Shown here one piece after another: positions 53,387-64,000 of a DNA stretch of 64,000 bases (its first letter is position 1; each line of letters starts with the position of its first letter). Source of the DNA: Mesotaenium endlicherianum (lineage: Eukaryota). The position numbers and the translations under genes are program-made. The stretch spans positions 66,196-130,195 of the forward strand of contig WELA01002119.1 in NCBI GenBank assembly GCA_009602735.1, written 5' to 3'. Below the pieces are notes generated by a model, which was not told where the DNA came from, searched no databases, and worked only from the letters and a program-made list of their open reading frames with translations.

Positions 53387-55456
53387 AACACGCACGTGCT
53401 CGCACTTCACTCTGGAGCAAGCATGCACACGCGCGCACTCTGTGAATCTGCATGTTCAGTGCCACCACCGCAGCCGGTGCATGCTCCCTCGTCTCACCCG
53501 TGCACGCGCGTGAGCGTCTGCTGTGCTGGTGGCTGCAGCTACTGCTTATGCGAGATGCCGTACAACCCCGACGACCTCATGGTTAACTGCGACGTCTGCA
53601 ACGACTGGTGAGCTGCTGCTCTTCTCACCTCAGCCCAGACGCCCGGTTAGCCTCAGACTCCAACATCAGACTTTTATTCAGTGCCAGGGGGTGATTCTTA
53701 AAGCTCAGGCCCAGAAGGGGTAGCGGGAGCTGGAGGGCTGGATTTGGATGGCTGCCGTGACTTTGGGCTCACTCGCGCGGCCCTTGGAAGGCGCCTCTTG
53801 TGGTTTGAGTAGTCAGCCTGCAGGTGGGTGTGTGCCTGTGGAGGCAGATGTGTGCCAGGTGCCCCCCCCACCGTGTTCACGAGTCCCGATGTAGCATCCA
53901 GTATCACAAAGGAGCAAGGGCTGCCACTCCACAGGGCTGCCACTCGGTTGGCCCCTCGTGATGCGAGCGTGAGCCTCTGTCTCGTGCCGGAAGTCGGGAG
54001 CAGCTGCTGAGTCACGGTTGTTGCGCAATGGGCCCAGCTCAGCAAGCACACACGTTGACGGTTGTGCATCTGGTTGCAAGTCCACGCACTAGTTGTCCCG
54101 TACTAGGCCCGATGCAATGGAGGCGGAGCCATGTTCGGTCGACTTACGGGTAGCCGGGTTAGCTCAGACCGGGACTACAAGACACCCGCTTGATGATACT
54201 AGAGCGTGAAATTCTTGCACGTGGGACGCAGGTGCTCCACTGGCGACCACTGGGGGAGTCGGGGCCGATGTAGCTACCTTGACGTGTTATGACCAGGATG
54301 TGCAGGATGCGGCACTTTTCACTCATTGGCGGCAATTGTTTGCACGTGTATGCATGATCATGCACCCCTATGAATGCACTCCATCTGCTCACGCTTGCTT
54401 TCCACGGACGTGTCCCTGTAATAATTCAACACAGACACCCAGCGACCCACGAACACGTCCCTGTGCGAGTAAGAGTCGGCAATGCATGTGCTTGCAAGCC
54501 CAGTGCCCAGTCAAAGTGGGCCACCGGGTCTATCGCCATGCCACAGCACCCCCACTCCTATGGGGCCCTACCCCGAGCTCCGGCCCACCCCAATGCATTG
54601 GGTGTGCTGGTGACACGAGGAAGGCACATCTCCTGCTTCTCCCGGACTCCTCCTCCGGGGTCCGAGCCTCTCCCCCTCGCACGCTTTCCCCTGAATCCAG
54701 CTTTGTGCCATGTGGAGGGTTGCCCAGGGGCCAGCGCCCCTCAAGCAACGGAAGGGAAGATTGGGAATTGGCGGTCCTCACTTCATCGAACTTCGCAGGT
54801 CTCTGGGTGTTCAAAAGAGCATCACAGGAGGGGGGGTCAAGATGGTCAGTGACGGGTGGAACTGAGTTGGAAGTCACACTGCCTGCTCATGGAGTGTGCC
54901 AATCTACGCTCCGAGGGGTTAGTAGGCACTCTCCAGGGAGTCGTAAGGCCCGGGGGGGACGTGGTACAAGTCACAAAAGGAGTGCCTTATTGCTTTCTTT
55001 CCTCCGAAGAGGCAGCTCTCTGCCCGTCACCCTCCAACTTTGGAGTCGCGAGCTTACGCCAAAGACACCCCCAGAAAGTCTTGAGCTCTCAAGCTGATTG
55101 GCCTCCGACTAGCACCTGCCACGATCCTGTGTGTCTGGGTTGTGGGAGGGGCGAACGATTCCGGAGTGCAACGAGAGAGAAGAGAGGAGCACCGTCAGTG
55201 CCGCGAGACGTGTCCAGTCTGGGAGTTATGCCGCAGTTCATATGTGACTCGCCTGCGCGCGATGTCCCTGTGCACTGTGCACTGTGGCAGGTTTCATCCC
55301 AAATGCATCAAGAAGTCGTTCAAGGAGGTGAGGGAGATGTCGAGCTATGTGTGCGAGGGCTGCTTGGCGAAGAAGGCGGGGGGCGACGACGTGACCAGCC
55401 CCCCCTTGAACAAGCGGCCACCCTCCGCCTCGCCACCGAAGGTGTGTGTGACGTGA
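49263..55456 (+). CDS. EBS: BAH-PHD bivalent histone reader, EBS/SHL family, paralog 1 (about 210 aa)
   Basis: Exons 49263-49320, 49619-49958 ([71 protein letters not shown]), 53539-53607 (YCLCEMPYNPDDLMVNCDVCNDW) and 55291-55456 (FHPKC..YVCEGC..SPPKVCVT*). The 3' end is uncertain: a GT at 55442 could be a donor to a further exon I did not find. EBS versus SHL orthology cannot be decided by eye. Confidence 0.9.
52732..53385. repeat. (CT)n microsatellite flanking an assembly gap (N 52782-53299) in intron 2 of EBS paralog 1
   Basis: Read directly from the sequence. Confidence 0.95.
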
Positions 55457-57669
55457 ATTTCAGATTTGTTTGCTCCAAGTCACTCGGATTTCCCTGGGCA
55501 CAGAGTGACAAAGGTAGCCAGAACAAAGGCTGCTGGACTTTGCTGCTGGCCTGCTCACTTTGTGCTTTGACATGTGTACCACCTTCAGTCCCTCTCGCAA
55601 TGGGTTGCATTTCATGACTAGTGCTCCTACGCGTCAATTTGTGTACGGAGTGCCTACTAGCAATGTAGCAGGGACTCCTAGGTGGCATTGACCGCACATC
55701 TCATCGCAGAGATTCTTCACATCTGGTGGCCATGTACAGCTTCGTCATAATGTCTTACAGCAGGGCTTCCGTGCTGCTATGCTACACACGGGTGGTGGAC
55801 CCACGGTTGAATCGTCGGGTGTTGATGTTGCTAGTAAACTGTACAATACTAGGCTCCCTTGATTCTCCAATATGGACACGGTCCCCAAATACAAGACCTT
55901 TGGGAGGGCCCGCTCATCGATGACCTTAGTAAGTCCACCAGCTGCTTGTAGATGACATGTTTGCCAACTTGGTGATGCGCAGAGCTCAACTGGCAAGACC
56001 AAGAGGGGACGGAAAAAAGCCTAGCTCGTCTCGCTCTCATCAACAACAAGCCAGTTGGAGAAAACACTTCTCGGCGTTCCCCCCGCGCGTTAAAGGGAAC
56101 GGTCATTAGTTGCCTGCGAGCACTACGCATTGCATAAGAAGAGCGGCACTTGTGGGTGCCGGAGCAGGGCTTTATTTCTTCTCTTATCCCTTGCGCATGG
56201 GAAGGGGTGGCGTCGCAAGCAAGTGATTGGGTGTCAATCAGATGGCTCGGCTTCTGGGCTCTGGTGCATGTAATCTGATTACTATGTGGCGATACGTGGT
56301 TTGTTTGTGAGCAAATTGCTTCATCCACAATCTCAGTAGTAGGTCATGGTGGCCCGTGGGATCCCTCTCTTGTACACAGCCACACGCAACCGGTCTTTAA
56401 GAGAATGAAAGTAGGACATCGTGCACGCTGAAATTCTTCCCATAACGTGGGATACAGCAAAGGAGTAGGCAGCCTTTTCTGTTGGTTAGATTGGCGACCA
56501 AGCATTCGGCCTATTTGCGAGTAGGTCCTGTAGTTGTAGCAGTCATGTGTAGTTCCTTAGCTCCTATTTCTTAGTCTGCATTGTAAGGACCTCCAAGGAG
56601 AGTCCTTTCGTCACGAGGAAGTGTATAATTGTGATGCTTGCTTCAGTGAGTGCATGATGAGGTTGTCAAAATATATGGGCTCTTATTCATGCCGCGGCAC
56701 GTCCCTGGACATGCTTGTGACGACTTGCAAGGTATATTTGGGGCATTTAATGAGCAGACTAAGCTCAAAGCCTGAATGATATTTACCAGCATCGTGAATG
56801 AGTCTCTGGCAGTACATGGCGGCAATTGCTGTTGAAATTACAGTGTGTCGATCGTTGTATCGGATTTGAGTGAACTTCTGTCTCCACGCCCTTATTAGTT
56901 GCTCCTGGATCCCACATGCTAGCATTCACTCTACATCCCCTATTACGTTGGTCTCCACTCTTGCTCATTGCCACTTCTAATATCGTAGATGCCACCATGT
57001 ACAGTAGTGATAAATAGAAAGGTGACTTCATGAATGCATTGCAATACTCCCATGCCACAAATTACAATATGGGCAGCACCGAGCAACATGTATGTGTGTC
57101 CACAAGAAAAAGTGCCTGCACGTAAGAGGTTCTCATGGTGCAAGATTCAACACTTCAATAAGAGCAACTCAAAAATTAGATAGAATACTAACATACTGAA
57201 CATCAACACCGCCCTCAATCCAAAATTGCCTACCACCATAAAATTGTGTGCCTTCTTGTGGGCACCTATCTAAATGCTATGTAAGGTAGCACCTAGACAA
57301 TCCTGTAGATACTAGTGAATGGAAGCAGATACGACATAGAGTCCTAAGTATGGAGCTACATGAGTCACCATAGTCTCTAGAGGTGTCACCTATCACCAAA
57401 GACCGAGCTCAGTGAAATCATATCAAGGCTAAACAACATGCAATCAAGGAGTTTATTTTCACAGCCATCACACAATTTGGTGGAATCATAAACAAGCTGT
57501 GCATTGATAAAAGCATCATGAAAACAGCAGGCTATGCGGGGGCATTTCCATAACTCCGGATTCAGGTAAGCTAACCCTTCTCTTACGGAATTTTAGTTGG
57601 CCATTGCACGTGCAATCCGATATCTGATTCAGGACCTGCTGCCAAACGAGCATATGACGACTTCAATTG

Positions 57670-59250
57670 GCATGAGCAGGTTGCAGGAGAGGGAGGAGCT
57701 TCGGCCGCTGCGGCGATTCACTGCCAGAGTGTCTCAATGACCCCAGCTGCGGGCGCCTGGGCACGCAGCCCGCAGTTGGTGGACCTCCTACACAAGGTCC
57801 AGGGGTGGAGCCCATCCTGCAGGCAGGCAGTCCTCCACCAAGTGCAGTGGGCTCAGGGGCACCGGGACCCAAAGCTTTTGCCGCCCTCAGGAGGATGTGC
57901 TGAGCGTGAGACCATGCAGGCCATGCGCTTATGCATGGAGCTTGCATACCCTTGCAGAGCAGCAGACCTGCATGCCGATGCGGACATGATCTTTCTCAAC
58001 GCTAAGTGCGGCAACGTGTGACATCAGACACATGTGCAAGTGGAAGCTCTGAGAGCCGCGGCGCCTTGCTGGATCCTCCGTGAGATGGCCGAGGGGCTCC
58101 CCCTCATCACCTCCTTTGACATTGAGCTCGTCTAGGGGTGGGTGGCTCTGCCAATCCTCGTGATTGTTCTCACACACAACTGTCCCGCATGTGCCAAAAC
58201 TCATATTCATTGACAGGGACACGCAGACCGCGCAGCTGGGCGGAAGCAACAATCAGATGCAGACGATGCTTGCGGACGTGCAGTACGGGTACCACGCCCG
58301 GCTGGCGGGGCTGGACTTTTGCGCCTCACGCGCTCGCGCACGGTGATGCTGGACTGCAAGTGGCTCTGTTTTTCACCCAATACGGAGCTGGCGCACGAGG
58401 TAGGCGGCGCCAACATCAGCCTGCAAGAATAAATTTCCCGCTGGCGAAGCCCCTGAGTCTTCAACTGCATGCCTTCCAGCTAGTGGTCCCCGACGTGGGC
58501 CATGCGGCGTGCTCCCCACGTGGCTGGGCCCTGGGGAGCTGAGGGCCTTACTGAGCCTGCACCTGAGCTTCCGCGGCTGGTGCCACCCATGCCTGGTGCC
58601 ATTGCTGGGACCGGTACTGAGCCTGCACGTGACCCCGGCAGGGCCATCGACAAGGCGGATGTGCCCATGCTTGGACCCGGATGCGGGCCGCCTGCCCTGA
58701 TTGACGAAGCTGGCGCCGTCGTAGGCACAGCTGGCGGGCTCAAGCATGACGGAGGAGGCGCTGGCGGGTATACCAAATCGCTTGTCTGCAGCGGCTGCAC
58801 CTCTGGTTTGATCGGCTGCAGCGGCTCAGGACGCGTCTGCTTAACTGGAGAAGCTCAAGCTCCATGTGAGCGGGGACCAAGAGAACGTCCAGCTTAACTT
58901 GCTCCCGCGCCCGCGTGACGTCTGCTGTGTGTCCACCGTCATGGCCTGAGCTGGGCTGCGACCTCACCGGGCTGACATTGCTGGCCGTGGCCCGGTGGGC
59001 GAGGGGCAACCGAGGGGCTTCTGCGAAGTGTGACACGCAGGAAGACCTCGCTGTCCACCAATGCGGGCTGCTGTATGCCTTGCTGGGGGGTTCCTCAAGC
59101 TGTCGTGCTGACCTACAAATGCCATTGTGTTCTGGATGATAAAGAGTGCAGGCCATGTGGGAGCTACAGGGCACTACAGGGAGTACCTTGCTGCGCGAGA
59201 GCCCTAACGCTACTTGTGATGTGGCCAGCTAGACAAGTGTAACATGTTCC
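57670..59250 (+). pseudogene. GC-rich island with fragmented reading frames; possibly a decayed gene (F-box/LRR-like) or a TE remnant
   Basis: Abrupt GC rise inside AT-richer intergenic DNA. Stop- and frameshift-interrupted Leu-rich fragments on the plus strand (AFAAL/EDVLSV, LRALLSLHLS, LEKLKLHV, DLTGLTLLAV). No consistent gene model. Confidence 0.25.
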
Positions 59251-60607
59251 GCAACATGCGGGCAGGTTAGAATACGGCCGGCAAGAAGGGCGTGGTCGTC
59301 TTGAAAAGAAGAGTTTTGTTCCAGGACAAGCACTTGCGTCTGAATTGTTACGAACATGCATGAAGTTTGGCCGTGCTGTAACTGAAACTTTGGTGCAGCA
59401 CATGGTTGTGTGCTAGTAGTCTTAAACAACAAGCTCTACTCTGGGCGTCGAGAGGGGGAAAAAACCTAGAGGTAGCCTTCTTAAGAATTTGGAGGGAAAA
59501 CATATCTCCTAATGACTGGCGGAAATTTCTGACACGTGTTTCAGAGGACAACATTGACGAGGATAGCAACACTGCTGATCCAACAGCAAAGGAAGTGCAA
59601 GGCCTAATAGATTTAGCATGAGGTTGCCTATATGATCCTTGCTTTCAGTGAAATTTAAAATGCTATGGTAATATGACCCAACGCTCATATTCAAAATTCA
59701 ACAAGGTTTTAATAGAGCTACATATGCCTAGAGTAGCTTTAGCCATGACCACTAAAAGCTCACTCACATGGCAGTTATTATACACTTACATGCCACAATA
59801 ATATATAGAAAAAGATTCATGCATTGGGCTTGCAAAAATCTGCTTGCTAAAAGTACTCTAGGGGCCTAGAAACGACAACAAAAATAATAACTGGACCTAA
59901 TCGAGAAGGAGGATGCATTGCAACAGCGATTGAGGTTTGTAGCAGCAAAAACATGTAATAAATGGGTAACATCAAGACTTAATATAAGAGCTACATATTT
60001 CTACCCATAAAGTTTGATGATTTATTACCACTTTTCCCACTTACAAGCTTGCCAACTTGGCTGAAAAATACTCTGTGGAGATGTGCTCCTCAAGAAAGAT
60101 ACGTGAGCGTTAGTATCGTTTTACTTCAAATATGAAAGAACCACCATCACTTAATCTCTTAGCCGTAGTCAAGAGGTCATGTTCACTTTTGTAAGGGGCC
60201 GCCATGCTTGCTCTCACAAGCCGGCGTGCGTATGTGTGTGCATCGCAGATCAAACAGCGACAGGATCTGCGCGAACCCCTAGCGCAGCAAGCCTTCCACT
60301 TTCCTTTTAACCCTAGCTCTTACAGGGCAGCCATAAGCATTCGCGGCTATGGCCGTCCATTTAAGCCCTCTCGCCCCCATATTTTCTCACGTATTTATGC
60401 TACGACAGAAAGAACCCCCTCCCACGACATGGCCGCTCCCCATGCCATGGTGCTCTCCGAAACAAGAGTTGGTCGAGCGTGGACAAAAACCTCCTACCTA
60501 CTAGACTCACCTACAATATTACACACGCCACATAACTGCAGGCTCTCATAACCTTGAGGCTGCAGCGGCCTCATTCCGTGAGCATGGGCCCAAGCCAATC
60601 GTAAAGA

Positions 60608-62938
60608 CTAGTGCTGCTGGCAAGTAGGGCAGATGTATGTTGTGATTGTCTGTAGTTGTGCTTGCGTGACATTGACGCACTTTGGATGGAACCTGCAAAG
60701 GAGTTTGCCAGAATTAGCCAACCCCCAAAAGCCACAGTAACAGCTCAGAAGAGATATTTACACCTCAGCTGTCCTCGATCAGTTGCTTTCACATCACAAG
60801 GTTGTGCATGCCTCACCAGGACATACAAAGCAAATACTTGCAGGAGTTAAAAGCATCACACCACAAGTGGGAACTGCCCGTTGAGTAGACAACGCGTACA
60901 ATCTTCCAGGTCAAATAATACTTGACTTGCACCTCCACAGGGGAAGCAAGGATGCAGAAATCATGAAATAGCACACGCACAGACCACCTTCACTAGGAAG
61001 AACATCAAGCGCGAGCGCTACTCCCTCCCTCCTCTTTTACCCTCCCCCCTCTTCTCCCCTCCCCCTCCTTGTCCCCCTCTCCTTCTCCCTCCTCCCTTCT
61101 CCTCCATCCCACCCTCCCTCCCTTCCTCGTCCTCTCTTGTCAGCCTCTTCACATGCAAATGGTTGTTAATTTAGGAGGCTTCTGTGATCAATTTAAGGAA
61201 GACAAGGGATAGGTAAAAGTATCGATATTTCAACGCCTGACGCATTAGAGGAAAGCCTATACGTGGTTTCAACTCGACATTGACCAAGGGGTGCCGTTTA
61301 GCATTGGTATGCGGAGCTAGCCCTCCAAGCCAAGGGATAGTGTTTAAGACTATATATATCTCCTCATGCACTCTATTAAAAGGACGTCTCTTATCCCATT
61401 CATAAATAAAATACTCTCATCTATCAAAGTATACACGTGGAAGCACCCTATTAGCAGCATAATGTATGTGGGGCAGCCATTTTTTGGTAGAGAGAGAGAG
61501 GGGGNNNNNNNNNNNNNNNNNNNNNNNNNNNNNNNNNNNNNNNNNNNNNNNNNNNNNNNNNNNNNNNNNNNNNNNNNNNGGGGGGAGAGAGGGGAGGGAG
61601 GGAGGGAGGGAGAGATGGAAACTCACCAGTCGTGGCAGCCGTTGCAACGTAACATCATCAGATCGGGATTCCAAGGCAGCTCACACGTGCAGTACCTGCA
61701 ACATCTACGTATTTTCATTAAAGAGTGCCTTTGCAGAAGTACTGTGTCCCTTCATCTCGTAGAGCAAGCAAAGCAAGTGGCACTCACAACCTCTCACGAA
61801 CGAGCTTGCCAAAAAACAGCCAGACTGCAGATGCTGCTACACGTCCAGTCAAGAGGTGCCAGCAAACCTTCACTGCTTGCAGCTGCATCACTTTCTCGGA
61901 TTGTCTCTTCCGAAACTGGGCCCCAATTTTGGGAAAGTTCAACTCTAGAGGCCTGTTGCAAGTGAGGTGAGCACCAACCAGCAACTCGCCATGCATACGC
62001 CAGCCCTTCCCTATAGGTCAGGCACAAATTGCAAACACCTCCCGAGCTCGAGTTGAATCCTAACCAGCAGCACGCCAACATCACGACCTAACATCACACT
62101 CCCGGGAGTTTCACTAAATCATAAAGACCACAAGATAGGTGCCATTGTCAGATGCACTCACACAGTTACCCTATCGGGTGTGAAGCCGCCACTCGAAGCA
62201 TTGTACTCAAATCTGCGAAAGAAGTCGCTTGGAGTCACACTCTTTAGCTTGACGTAGTTCTCCAATGTATGTACGGTGCATTTCTTTTCAACTGAATCTG
62301 CTGAGCACTTGTCTAGGTGGTCAGACAAGAAGACCTCCTTGTCGCCTGCCACCATCAAGTAAACGATGGCAGGTCAATAGGACCTTACGACATAACCCAC
62401 AAGAGAACGGATGACAGAGACGACCATGTACAAGTGACTATCCTCTCGGGGTGAATAACTTTCTGCACCAAGCTGACCACTTTCACGAGATGGAACACAA
62501 AGGGGAGCTGCAGCTGGCCCAAGCATACCGTGAAAACTTCGCCGCCCTCCTGAGGACTCTTCAGGTCTGTAGTACCATCGGCAGGTCAGTGTCACCCTGT
62601 CGGATACATCAGCTTCAATGGCCTCCACCCGGGCAATATATGGGGGGACGTTTCCTTTCGGCGGTCGCAACATAACATCATCTCCAGCTGCATCATTACG
62701 CCAAAAAATACATTCAGTGGTGCATACTGTAAGTGCACAGAGCTATCTTTAAGGAAGACAAAGGCTGATATTCAGGTCATACTTTTCTGAAGCAGAAGTA
62801 ACCAGGTCCAGTCCCTGAAATTAAACAGCTTATGTTACACGGAGGCAGCTGTCCCTGCTAGAACTTACGCTTCAGGGTCGTGCGGAGCGGTCTTATTTCG
62901 CAAGAGCTCAAGATTCTCCTGACGCGCTTCTTTGCCAT
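60608..62938 (-). CDS. EBS: BAH-PHD histone reader, EBS/SHL family, paralog 2 (188 aa, no C-terminal tail)
   Basis: Exons 62938-62869 (MAKKRVRRILSSCEIRPLRTTLK), 62687-62529 ([43 protein letters not shown]), 62345-62162 (GDKEVFLSDH..RFEYNASSGGFTPDRVTV), 61695-61627 (YCTCELPWNPDLMMLRCNGCHDW) and 60692-60608 (FHPKCVNVTQAQLQTITTYICPTCQQH*). All GT..AG with consistent phases; the C4HC3 zinc ligands are complete. Confidence 0.9.
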
Positions 62939-63883
62939 GGTCAAATTGCTGTTTAAGGATGAAGCTCCTTGAAGTACTCTATCTCGCTAATTATTAAGTG
63001 TTAAATCTGCATGTAGTGCACATCTAGAGTCCCTCATGAACGTGCACTTTCGTGACAGCACCGCACATTAATACCCACCAGGCTACTATGGCAGCCACAA
63101 GAAAAAAGCTCCGGAACACATACTGCGAGCACAAACCGAGCGCAGGTTTTTACACTGCATTCATTTTCTTTCACTTTCTATAAAGCACACTAGTTGAAAA
63201 CCGGGCTACAGAATACCATAAGCCGATAAGGCCTTGTGTTTTCTACAGAATGGCTTCACTTCTGCCTTGTTTATCTGGTCCCCTAGATGAGACGCTTTCA
63301 TATTCTTGCATGTCGCTGATTGTCCTCCCCGTGAAGTTTCAAGCCACGCTGAAAAAGGTACGGCACTGAAAAAGTCTCTTGAAAGTTTGCCTGCATGAGG
63401 AATTCTGCCGGTTAAGTTCAAGCAATAAAGTGCAAAATAAAACTATTTTCACAGAAAATCAATCAAGAACGAGGTAATGATGATGGGCCAAGGCGCTAAA
63501 TTTTATCCTATATTATATCAATACATATGAACGATAAACTGTTTCGAAGACTGATTTCTGACCTGCTTCGCTTTCAGAAAATTCAGACAAGTTGCACTCG
63601 GCCTCAATTTAGTCAAGATTGCACGTTCAGGTAGTGTACAAAATTTGCAATATAATCTACTTCATGCATGTCAACGCGTGCTTCTCAAGCTTGCTCAAGC
63701 TTCACTATAGCTTAATATCCAAAACTTCAAGCTCTGATGATCTCAACCTCCTTCAGAACGAGAAGCATTTTATTGTTACCTTCCCCCCACTTTCCTCGTC
63801 ATCATGTGAGGTAATCAGTTAGTCATGATTGCTCGTCCTTCATTCCTATGTTTCAAGGTGGCCCTTGAATAAAAGTGTCAATC

Positions 63884-64000
63884 ATGCCGGGAGCACCTTC
63901 CTCCTCGTTGCGCAGCGTATTACCAGAAGAGAGGACGGCAGTCTTCCTTGTTTCTGGCTTCGCCTTACTGGTGCGCTTTGCTGTAGGCCTCCACGGCTAC
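63884..64000 (+). CDS. ALG6: Probable ALG6 dolichyl-P-glucose alpha-1,3-glucosyltransferase, N-terminal fragment running off the right edge
   Basis: ATG at 63884, with an in-frame stop just upstream at 63866. MPGAPSSSLRSVLPEERTAVFLVSGFALLVRFAVGLHGY resembles the first TM segment of ALG6 (F.LL.R..V....Y, followed by SG in homologues). Only 39 codons are visible. Confidence 0.6.
   Translation, partial: MPGAPSSSLRSVLPEERTAVFLVSGFALLVRFAVGLHGY

Noticed and set aside
52525..53611. RE/LS-repeat ORFs of 260-300 aa
   Set aside because: Translations of (CT)n plus an N gap; only 53539-53607 is a real exon.
54153..54230. tRNA-like start GCCGGGTTAGCTCAG
   Set aside because: No T-loop/B-box (GTTCRA) and no cloverleaf downstream.

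Overview
Eukaryotic nuclear DNA: a GC-rich, intron-rich, plant-lineage genome, most likely a streptophyte green alga (inference from plant-type gene sequences, GC-rich codons and microsatellite-rich introns). By hand-splicing GT..AG exons with phase checks I reconstruct seven protein genes: a very long MED12 (minus, ATG 25334, runs off the left edge), a probably plastid-targeted stand-alone NFU/NifU-like protein lacking CxxC (plus), an intronless RRP1/Nop52 (minus), a 15-exon FG-GAP membrane protein of the Arabidopsis NERD1/At3g51050 type (plus), two diverged EBS/SHL-type BAH-PHD histone readers arranged tail-to-tail, and the start of a probable ALG6 at the right edge. The first 16.9 kb holds an apparently exact 8,390-bp tandem duplication joined by a single N, which is very probably an assembly artefact. 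Most of the ORF track is antisense or shadow ORFs of GC-rich exons. The most unusual signals are (i) introns with reversed polarity (weak donors followed by C-rich tracts, G/GT-rich sequence rather than a polypyrimidine tract before the AG) and (ii) the EBS/SHL pair, where one copy has lost the C-terminal tail and has an altered PHD pocket. I see no CRISPR array, rRNA, tRNA or intact mobile element. Homologue comparisons are from memory, not from database searches.
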